Shown here: positions 54,649 through 64,000 of the stretch, piece by piece
Numbering within the stretch: the stretch's first letter is position 1
Layout of the letters: every line of letters begins with the position of its first letter
NCBI GenBank assembly: GCA_019828565.1
Contig: JAHDYR010000005.1
Span: 335,200-399,199, forward strand
DNA: 64,000 nt
Origin: Carpediemonas membranifera BICM
Lineage: Eukaryota; Protista; Fornicata
Direction: 5' to 3'
Made by a program: the position numbers and the translations under genes
The notes under the pieces: model-generated
Databases searched by the model: none
Told to the model about the DNA's origin: nothing
The model's input: only the letters and a program-made list of their open reading frames with translations

Positions 54649-56280
54649 GTGCAGGATCGAATCGCAGCGCCGTGTCCTGTCTTCCGCCTGCACGGCCTCA
54701 AGCGAGCCGTGGCCATGCTGTCTCCATCCGACTACATGTTACGCCTCGACCTCACAAAGGGCAATTATCAGTTGGGTGTCTGTCCACAAGACCGGGACCT
54801 TCTCGCGTTTATGGTAGACGGAAGGCCCTACAAGTTCAACTGCCTTCCGTTCGGGTGGTCCTCTGCCCCCTCAGTGTTCCAAGCCACGATGTTAGCAGCC
54901 GCCACCGTCATGTCGAAGCGCTATCAGGTCCGAATTGTCGTATACTTGGACGACTGGCTCATAATCGGCCCTCGCGAAGTCCTGAGCAGGGTAGGCCACC
55001 ACATCACTGCCGCCCTAGCTGCCATGGGAATTCTGATCAACCGCCAGAAGAGCCTCCTCGAGCCATCATCATCTACAACTTTCTTGGGGTTCGAGATCGA
55101 TGCGCAGAACAGAACAATATCCCTCTCGGACAAGAAGTGCAGCAAATACTTGTCAAGAGTACGGAATATGGCATCAATCATCCCATACAAGGACTCGGAG
55201 AGCTGGAAGCAACTCCTAGGCAACCTATCATACGCCTCCTTGGCGTGGAGCGACGGACGCGCCTGGCTACGACCACTACAAGCCTATCGAGGTCATCAGA
55301 GCTGACCAGCTGCCCAAAGGGCCCTCCAGGAGTGGCAGAACAAGCTACTTGCTCCAACTCCGCGTCCATTCGACGACCTCCTAGCAATATGGGGCACGAA
55401 TGGTTCCCTAGACATCACAGTCTCGACGGACGCGGCCACGGGATCGATTGGAGGCGTCATAAGGATACCTGGTCTCCGCGACGAGTCCTTCTCCCTCCAC
55501 CTCCCGCCTCAGCACAGCCAAGAACACATCACTGCTCAAGAGTTCTTCGCAATCGACCACACCCTACGGCGCCTGGCCCAGATCCCACAGGCACAAGGCT
55601 GAGAGGTGACTGTATACTCAGACTCAACGGCGGCGGTGTCGTGGATCAACCGACAAGGCTCCGCCAAGGCCCCATCATCCGTCATCCAGGCACTCCTTCA
55701 CACCGTCCCCCTGCTGGCCTCGCTCCACATATCCGTCAGAGCTGTCTACGCCCAGGGCCGGCTCAACGTCTCTGCGGACGCCCTGAGCCGGTTCGCCAAG
55801 CTCGACTGGCGCACACCCAGATGGATCCTACATACAATCATGCAGGCATGGGGCCCGGTGGAGTTCGACGCTTCAGGGCACCCCGAGAAGGACCTTCTCA
55901 TTCCGGGGTTCGCGGGCGAGTCAAAGTCATTTTCGCAAAACGGTCTCCAGAGCGATTGGCAAGGACATCGAGTGTTCGTTGCTCCTCCATGGGCAATGTT
56001 GCCTCAAGTAGCCGCAAATGCCTCAAGGCTCGCAGTTCCTCTGCGGATTTTGAGTCCTCGCGCCACAAAGTCGGCTCTTATCATTGTGTGCCCTGATATC
56101 GCCGCCGCCGCGGTCCTCATGCTGCGGAGAATGGCCAACGACAAGCGAACGTTCAAGATTCCAGCAGAACAGCTTCGCGGCTCGGAGTTAGAGAAGCTCG
56201 AGACGAAGGGCAAAGTTCGGATGCTGGCCTTGTTCATTCGGACGAGGTCTTCCGCTCCGCAAGCACACATCCAGTTCTAG
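54649..56280 (+). pseudogene. 5'-truncated YR-element RT-RNaseH-MT (K), frameshift near 55290
   Basis: YLDD, SDS, NVSADALSR, WGPVEFDA...DW...VAPPW. Confidence 0.85.
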
Positions 56281-56310
56281 CGGGCTATTCCGAGTCCTAT
56301 CGCCGCCATA

Positions 56311-56990
56311 TTGCAGGAACGAGAAGCGATCGTTCCGGCTCCGAGGTATCAGGCAGGCCATCTGCCAGATGCGAGAGGACGACTACATGACGCGCATCGA
56401 CCTGACAAAGGGGTACTATCAGCTGGGCATCCGACCGCAGGACCGGACACTCCTGGGCTTTGTGGTAGACGGGCGCCCCTACTGCTTCAACGTCCTGCCG
56501 TTTGGATGGAGCGCGGCACCCTACCACTTTCAACGGGTCATGATGACCGCCGGACAGATTGTCGCGCGTGCCTTCCCGGGTATCAATCTGACGATATACC
56601 TAGACGACTGGCTTTTCTGCGGTCCGAAAGCCCTGTTAGAGTCGTCGATGCCGGGGATAGTTCGGTTGCTTACGGACCTAGGCCTCGTAATCAACCGGGA
56701 GAAGACCCAGTTGACACCATCGCCCACGACGACGTTCCTTGGCTTTGTGCTAGACTCGGCGAGGCAGGGTGTCTCCCTTCAAGAGGAGAAGCGCCACAAG
56801 TACCTGTCCAGAGTGGAGGAGGCTCTCCAGCAAGGCGTCACCTTCCACAGCCTCAAAGGCTCCTCGGGAACCTGGGTTTTGCGTCGATAGTCTGGCCAGA
56901 GGGCCGGGCGGCCATCAGACCAATACAGCGCTGCTTGGCCAACATCAAGTCTCGTTACAGGACGAGAGTCCATGGCGAGGCAGAGGAGGA
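56311..56990 (+). pseudogene. G-like RT fragment
   Basis: VDGRPYCFNVLPFGW, FPGINLTIYLDD; frameshifted. Confidence 0.85.
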
Positions 56991-57189
56991 CTTTCCTTTG
57001 GAACCTTCATTTGGATGGACTGATGTTGGTTAATGATGCTTCTCCGCCTGTAAATAACCTTTCTTTGTTGTAATGAAGATGTAATGAAGATGTCTAGATG
57101 CTTGTATGATCCATCTTCCCCACACTCCCTTGTTTCCTTTGAGGTTTCACGATGTTTTCACATTTCACGGGCATTTTAAGGAAAACAAC

Positions 57190-57936
57190 ATGGCGAAGGT
57201 GAATAAGAAGGCCCAACAGTCCCGACAGAACTTGGCATTGAAGGCAAACAGGAAGAGTGGATGTGTACGCAAGATCACGCAATCTGCGGTCGATCTCGTG
57301 CATAGTTACATCAGGACGCTTGATGCGAACGATCCCTCCATCGCTGCCGCCAACCGCATCCTTCTTGATGCCGCCCAGCTCCATGTCATCGATCCGGAGC
57401 AGTTTCCGACGACCAGCCTTAACCCGAACGCCGTCTTGAGGGACACATCCGTTACTGAGTACGAGCAGGCTGCTCTCATCGACACTGGGCTGCAAGGGGA
57501 GAGCGATGCTGAGAAGTGGAAGCGTTTTCAGGCTCTTGTGTCCCTTGACGGCGACGACGAGGACGAGCTGCAGCCCGATGATCCCGTGATGGGCTTCGTC
57601 AAGGCCAACAGGGACTTATTCCACAAGATCCCTGACGATCTGAGGCCCCAGTGTCACGCGTTCGTGTGCAAACGTCTTGGCATCACTGTTGAGGAGCTCC
57701 GGCACACTCTACATGCCACGACTCTCCGCAAGGACACCTCCGAGATCTTCCGCCGCCCGACGCTGGTCCAGAAGAAGCACTTCCGCTCAGTCGAGGAGCT
57801 TGGGAAGATCATTCGCGACCGTAACCGTGTTCGTGTGGAGGCTGAGCACCGCAACGTCAAGCGTCGCAGGATTTATGAGTCCATCATGATATTCTACATG
57901 ATGCAACCCTCCGAGGAGGCTTCGGAGACTGAATAA
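57190..57936 (+). CDS. Hypothetical protein convergent with the MULE transposase
   Basis: ATG after an AT-rich leader, protein-like composition; no recognised motif. Confidence 0.6.
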   Translation: MAKVNKKAQQSRQNLALKANRKSGCVRKITQSAVDLVHSYIRTLDANDPSIAAANRILLDAAQLHVIDPEQFPTTSLNPNAVLRDTSVTEYEQAALIDTGLQGESDAEKWKRFQALVSLDGDDEDELQPDDPVMGFVKANRDLFHKIPDDLRPQCHAFVCKRLGITVEELRHTLHATTLRKDTSEIFRRPTLVQKKHFRSVEELGKIIRDRNRVRVEAEHRNVKRRRIYESIMIFYMMQPSEEASETE

Positions 57937-58344
57937 ATCTACATGAGGCGCGGGTTTTGCTGGACAAAACTCATACGTTCGTTTACTCTTCCCTGGCCCT
58001 CTTAGACAGTTCCTTTCGTGCAGCAGTAGCTGCAGAGATCTTTAGGGCCTTCTTATCCAGTGGTTTGGCGCCTCGGCGTTCTTTTCTTCTCGACCAGCCG
58101 CCAGCAAGAGCACTGGGCTTGATGGGAGAAGCTGGGCCAGTTGCAGTGGTCTTACTGAACTGCAGCGGTGGAAGGCTGTCCGATAGATCAGCGATAACGT
58201 CCATCACGCGCGCTGCCTCGGCATCAGAGACAGTGGCGACGTCCAGCTGCGCCTGTAGTCCGTTAGGGACAAGAAAGCTTTACAGGGAAAAGAGACGACA
58301 CCAAATGTGTCGACAGAAACCTGAAGACGATGTAAATAATACAA

Positions 58345-59714
58345 CTATGTAAATATTGGGTAAGACCCACGACACGCCATGAGCAGCTCGACGCGAGAGA
58401 TCAGCTCAAGACGACGCTGGGACATGTCAGTGGGGGTGTAGTTGCGCAGCTCGTCCGTCTGCTTCCTGGACATAAACTTCGGCTTGGTTGTTTTGGGCTT
58501 GCGGAGCGCCTTGTGGTAGCACTTCGTTTGGGACGTAGAGAGCTTGCCATAGGCTCTGATGATGTCGCCCAGACGGTTGCCAGAGTACCACCGCAGCTTC
58601 TTCTTGAGGCGGGAGAAGGCGTGCTCGCAAGCGTTGTTGGTTGCTGGAACGAGTCGGCGGCCGTCCTTGGTGGGGCGGCGAGACACCATCCACATGTCCT
58701 TGGAGTCAGAGCGGGCCTTGACCCAGTTTGCATCGCAGGAGTCGGTGATCTTCGCCCAGCTTTTTTCGGCCACAGTCGGATCGAAGTCAGAAACGGCTGC
58801 GAGCGCGTAGCCGACATCTAGGGCTCTTACGCGCTTGTACATGGTTTGCTCTACATGAAAACTACACAGATAATGACGAGGGCTCCATGGCAGCTTCGCC
58901 ACAGCCGAGATGAGCTGCCTGGCCTCGTCGGAGACCACGTAGGGCCATTGGACGCCCACCATGGCCGAAAGCGCGGATAGGGCAGTTGTAATAATGTCCT
59001 CGCTGTCGCGGTTCGCGATGAACATGCCAATCGTCACTTCGGTGCCGAGATCGGTTGCCATCGACACGTTATACACCGCCCAGCGCCGCCTGTTGACGGA
59101 ATATGTCGCGTCGAAGCCGACATAGTCCGGGTTAGAGCGCGTAGCCGCACGGCCAAAAGGGTGGACGACAAGAATCAGAATGTCCTCGGGATCTCGGGTC
59201 TCGCTGGCGTACCAGGGAACGGTGGAGGGGAGACTAGCGTCCCTCACGACACTAGAAACACGAACAGTGACTTTGCCGTACTTGTCGGCCCATTGTGCCA
59301 GCTCCAGGAACAGGTCGGGGATCTCAGACTTGTTCGGGCGAGTTTCTCGGTGAGGATGCGGTCCTGGTCGGGGGTGAGCTTGTGGTAGACGTGGACGTGG
59401 TCAATCTCTACATTGTGGGCATCAACAGCAGCCGTGCCCTTGGTCGAGTCGACCAGCCAGTTGTAGTAGCTGCGCAGAAAAATGGAGAGGTGCTTGCCCT
59501 TCACGCCCTTGCCAGCAGCGTTGACGTTGGTGGTAGAGAACTCGGGATGACTGGCGTGGGCCTCGGGCTCGTGACGACCACTTGTGGCGCAGCCGAATCT
59601 CTCAAAACCATCACCCCGTGAGGTATCAGCAAAACAAGCGAGCTTGAACGGGCATTTTTTATGGTTGCACTGATAAATATCAGCTTTCACCTTGCCCTTG
59701 CCGAACACCGTCAC
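58345..59714 (-). pseudogene. Mutator/MULE-like transposase, frameshifted
   Basis: YQCNHKKCPF...H zinc finger; GFDATY, VVSDEA, LCSFH, TNNACE..FSRLK. Confidence 0.8.
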
Positions 59715-60238
59715 GTCTCGCGCCTTTTATTTCAGTAGTCGAGTGTGCCCGCCATCAACCAGCTCGTATCGCTCAACTATGGTCTTATCACGCTCTTGGC
59801 GGTCGGTGAACTCCTGCAAGGTGCTATAGAGCACGGGAGGACGCCCCATCTAGATTTTCAACTCATGGGTTTTGTCCAGCAAAACCCGCGCCTCAATCTA
59901 CATTGGTCGTGTTTACCTGGGGGTCCATTCACTGATCCAGTAGTCCCAGCGCTTGTTATGGGTTCTGTGGTAACGGCGGATTGCGTCAATCTGAAGCACG
60001 TACCTCAGGCGTCCATTGTCGACGTGGATTTTGATCATTAGAGCATGTTTCTGTCTGGTGGTGTTGCGATCGTTATCCTTGTTTGTCTCCACGGAGTTGT
60101 TCACCTTTTGCAGGCGGCTCCTGTCAGAGCTTGATAGCATCTCGGGTGTTTCGATGATATCGAACAGCTCGGTCGCCGGTCCTGGCTCCTCTCGCGTGCG
60201 ATATCTACACCGTTGCTAACCCCGCCGGTGGCCCGACG

Positions 60239-60585
60239 TTGACTTACCACGGATCAAGGCTCCTTCCATACGACGATTCCCTTCACGTCGAGCCTATCGG
60301 AGTTAACGCTACTGATGATGACACTTACTACGTCGATCGCATTGTTGGTCACAGACCCCATAATGCTCGACGCCCACGCGAGTTCAAGGTGCACTGGGAT
60401 AGCTACCCGGACACCGCTGACTCGTTGCTGCCCCTCCGCGAGGTTCGTGACCTTGAAGCGCTGGATGACTATCTCCAGGCGCACCAGGAGATCCGCCTTT
60501 AGGGAGGCAGTGTGGTAGGGTTGTGCGAACCCTGGTTACGAACTATAAAACACAATTCCAATTGTTTAGCTTGGACACGACCACA
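60239..60585 (+). mobile_element. 3' end of a chromovirus-like element: chromodomain, PPT, 75-bp LTR (60511-60585)
   Basis: YYVDRIVGH...FKVHWDSY; AGGGAGGCAG; TGTGGT...ACCACA. Confidence 0.75.
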
Positions 60586-60739
60586 CCTCCTCCTCAAAGA
60601 AGCCCCACGGCCAGGCTCCCAAGCCTTCTGCCGATCACCGTCACGCGCCCAACGATCGCCCTGCCCCTGCCGAGCGTCGCGAGAATCACCACAACGGCTC
60701 GTCTGACAAGCCTAACGATGTCGACCCGAGTAAGCCTCC

Positions 60740-61204
60740 CCGAGCCTCGCCGTGTGTGCTCCACCTGCGGCGGCTGGCACTGGACTCCCAGTGTCCAGGC
60801 AAGCCCAAGGTGAACCTGCTAGAGGATGCTAAGCCCCTCATCCGACGTCCGGCCAGATAAATGGCCAGCACTATTTGTTTCGCTTAGACACGGGTGCGAC
60901 TTTCTCGGCATTGACGGAGGGATCAGTGAAGAAATATGACTTACCGACACGCACCGGTCCTACGGTACACTACGTGACCGCCGACCAGAGAAGTGTCGAC
61001 CACGAACAACTGGAGAGACTGACGCCAGTGGACGTTGAGATCCAAGCACGACTAGTGGTGCTTCCGGGAACCCCGGTCAAGACCATCGTCGGTCTGGACA
61101 TTCTGCGCGAGATTGGAGTTGTGACGAATGACCAGCTCTTCATCAAGCTCATCGATAAGGCCGAGGATGGCGATGATGGGGATGACATTAATGTTGAGAT
61201 TTGA
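60740..61204 (+). pseudogene. Degenerate gag knuckle and retropepsin fragment
   Basis: CSTCGGWH; FRLDTGATFS...IVGLDIL. Confidence 0.7.
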
Positions 61205-61955
61205 ACGAATCGGAAAATGATTTCGTCAGTCAACGGGCGTCCAGGAGCCAGATTGATTTGACTCTGACTCCTGTTACCAACGCAAATCGAGGCTTATTTT
61301 TACAATGACTGAAGAAAGAGAGGAACACCGCGGCGGGATCATCTTCATTAACAATGATATCGACTGCGACGAGCTGAAGGCCCTCCAAGCGGAGGAAGAC
61401 GAGCGAGGGGTATTCGAAGAAAAGGAAGCGGCCTATCAGGCGCACGCCCAGGCCCCACTTGTCCGCTACGGGACCAACTGGATCCTCCTGACGCTGATGG
61501 CAATTGACTGCGCCAAGGGTGAGAACGACCAGCTGAAGATTCCGCTACATGCGGGACCAGCTGGCGGAGAAGTGTGTGGCTGCCGACCGCCGACAGGTCA
61601 CCAACTCCGAGCTGGTGGACCTGCGGAAGAAGGTCCACCACAGGGTCAGGTCCCGCACCGCGAGGCAACCAGCATCCCCGACTCACTCGAGTCGGTTATG
61701 AAGCGAGACGCCACCGCCAGGGTGAGCGTGGCAAGGGCAAGGTATGTTCATTTATTGACACCACCAATAAATCGCTCTCCTGGCCGCCCGCTTGACTAAT
61801 CAGGTGGTTCCCAGAGGAGTTCGACGTCAACAGCCCTGGGTTCGTCGACCCCGTTCGCGCCTCGTCCTCGTCTGGGCTGAAGGCAATCGCTGTACGTGCG
61901 CCGAGAAAGAGCTCTGCCGCTCTTACTATACTTAATAACATCAGTATTCTCATTA

Positions 61956-62641
61956 TCAGCAGTTCTTGCCCGTGTAGACTTCCTCAGGGGGGGTTATCGG
62001 GCTTAAGCTTAGAAGGACGGGGACGGGGAGCTGCGTAGGCAGGACTGGGGCCTGGGTCTCTGCTACGATGGCATCCTCGGCTGTGGCAAGGATGTCGTCG
62101 GCTTGAGGCGTGTAAACGTCTCTCAGCTTCGCGATCATGTCGGGGTAAGTGAGGAGGCAGCAGCCCAGGCCACTCTTACCATGGGCGGGGAAATGAGAGT
62201 GGGTAGAGGCCAGCAAGAGCTTGTTCAGCCGATCGTCGAACATCAGCAGCCATCTACTGAACGTCTGGGTGGGGTTGTCCAGGGTGGCGATGGGCAGGGA
62301 AGTCTCGGGGTCGAGCATCTGGGTTGAGTGGGTAGAGGTTTGACTGATTCAGGCGAGCGACCACATCAAAGAACGAAACGTCGAGGGGCTGGAAGATGGG
62401 GTGCAGTCGGGCGGGAGGACGAGTACTTCGACCTTCTGGCTGGCGAGATATACGATCGCCTCCTTGTCGAAATGGGTGAGGCAGCCGTCGATAATAAGGA
62501 GGGCCCGCTTGTCGCCCAGATGCTCACTGCTGGGCGGATGGAGGTCTCGTCCATGTTGAAGACGAGGTGGGGCAAGTTGTCATAGCCGGCCAGGGTTGAC
62601 TCAACCAGGGCGGCCCAGACCTCCACCTTCTGGGCAGTCAT
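61956..62641 (-). pseudogene. pogo/Tigger-like transposase relic
   Basis: VFNMDETS; shifted frames give LIIDG..TH and LPPDCT....PLD-like motifs. Confidence 0.6.
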
Positions 62642-63420
62642 GCGCCTTGCCCTTGTCGTAGGTTGTGGCGGTCTCCAACCTTAAGGACATGTCGGCGAGC
62701 AGAGACTCGTACTGCTTCGTCGACGGAGTGACAGTCAGCCCGCAGCCAGGGATGTTCTTCGCGATTTCATCCACATACATTAGTGTTCTGGGGGGTACTT
62801 AGCTTCTTGCACAGTCTTAAAAGGGGTCGCGCCTTGGTCCTTCAGACTTTCCAGAAATCCTAAAAGTACACGGCGCACAGGCTCCTTGAAAACGCGCGGA
62901 TCGCGATCCAGGGGGTTTGGGTGAATTTTGGCGGCAAAATCCGTGCTTGCTTTGCGCAGGTACCACGATGAGATACCATTAAATGATTCTATCCTCCTTT
63001 TGATCCCAAGCTCTTCTCCTCCATGAGAACGAGGAAGTCATAGACTCGCTTCGCTGGATCATCGGAGGCGTTAGAACAGAACTCTAGCCAGGCAGCCTCG
63101 GTTTTGGCACGGCCCGTGGCGGCAAAAAAGTGAAATCCTGTCGTGAGGTCCGGAAGTCGAAATGAGGGAGATTTTTAATCCTGTTATGATGAAAAAGGCG
63201 ACTGCGACGTCTGCGTCGAAGGACAACCTCTCAGGCCAGTTCGGGCTGGGTGCGTCCAACGGGAACGGGCGCATTGTGGATAACGTCCAGGAAGCGTATG
63301 CGGAAGGAATGTGCTTGCTCGGCGCCCACTTCTCAAACGCCTTCAACACTTTGCTGCAGGCCTTCATCGTATTTACACCAGCATGCCTCAGCCACCGTGC
63401 CTCCCCTGGACACCGCCGCC

Positions 63421-64000
63421 TCATCCAGTCCAGACGTACTTGCCGGGCCCCACGGGGCTAAATGGCATCCGTCCGTCGTAGCTCGACTCCTCCGAGAGCC
63501 AGCCGAGTCTGGACAGCAGGTAGTGGGTGATGTCGTCGCACTCGCCCAGGAGGTAGAGGTCGAACTGGTGGGGGTAGCCCACGACCTCGCGGTTGATGAG
63601 GATCTGCGGCACATGTCTAGGGATCCGGCCGCAGAGCCCGGCAACGGGTTTGACCTTGAGAGATGATCCCATGACAATGACGAGGTCGACCTGCTCGCAG
63701 TCGGCGTCGATGTGGGTGTCAAAGTCGTCGGGCAGCGGCTCCCCGAAGAAGACGAGGTCCGGCTTGAGCACGCCGCCGCAGTGGGCGCACGTGCCGACGA
63801 CGCCCTCGTGGATGAACTCCTGTAGCCGCTCCCCGCTCAGTGTCTGGTCGTGACAGCGCTGGCACGTGGTCGTGTCGAACCGGCCGTGACACGTGATGCA
63901 TTTGCTAATGCCAGCCTGGGCCTCGATGCCGTCGATGTTTTGGGTATAGTTCCTGAGCAGCTGGCCCCGGGCCTCAAGCTGGGAGATAAACATGTGCGAC
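63421..64000 (-). CDS. Sir2-family NAD-dependent deacetylase, 3' part (start outside the window)
   Basis: LRNYTQNIDG, CHG, CxxC...CxxC, KPDLVFFGE, GSSLKV.PV, PQILINRE (class I sirtuin motifs). Confidence 0.92.
   Translation of the reverse strand, partial: SHMFISQLEARGQLLRNYTQNIDGIEAQAGISKCITCHGRFDTTTCQRCHDQTLSGERLQEFIHEGVVGTCAHCGGVLKPDLVFFGEPLPDDFDTHIDADCEQVDLVIVMGSSLKVKPVAGLCGRIPRHVPQILINREVVGYPHQFDLYLLGECDDITHYLLSRLGWLSEESSYDGRMPFSPVGPGKYVWTG

Noticed and set aside
1-64000. Hammerhead or HDV ribozymes in element UTRs
   Set aside because: No convincing catalytic core with flanking stems seen by eye; a covariance-model search would be needed
1-64000. Alternative genetic code (TAA/TAG = Gln)
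   Set aside because: Many homologous ORFs end at TAA/TAG and long ORFs lack internal TAR codons

Overview
Eukaryotic (probably protist) transposon-dense locus with almost no host genes. It is dominated by at least 12 full or fragmentary tyrosine-recombinase (YR) retrotransposons of the DIRS order (PAT-like: gag, RT-RNaseH-degenerate methyltransferase, YR, split direct repeats), all on the + strand and laid head-to-tail around an intact tRNA-Phe(GAA) gene. I label them A-K. Nested in or between them are Ty3/gypsy elements with very short LTRs, a full-length APE-type LINE carrying OTU-like and Maelstrom/DEDD-like domains, a CRE-like RLE fragment, a DD37E Tc1-like transposon, and MULE and pogo relics. 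A partial Sir2-family gene lies at the right edge. Main candidate discoveries: (1) successive YR elements stacked at one site 2-3 bp upstream of the tRNA gene, forming an apparently age-ordered array; (2) a phase-conserved T-TTT-C(G) site near the end of gag in six divergent YR elements, after which the -1 frame leads into RT and the +1 frame into YR; (3) three different LTR elements with a perfect 12-14 bp palindrome in place of a tRNA primer-binding site; (4) a LINE with a Maelstrom-like nuclease domain. All calls are from motif reading by eye; no searches were run.
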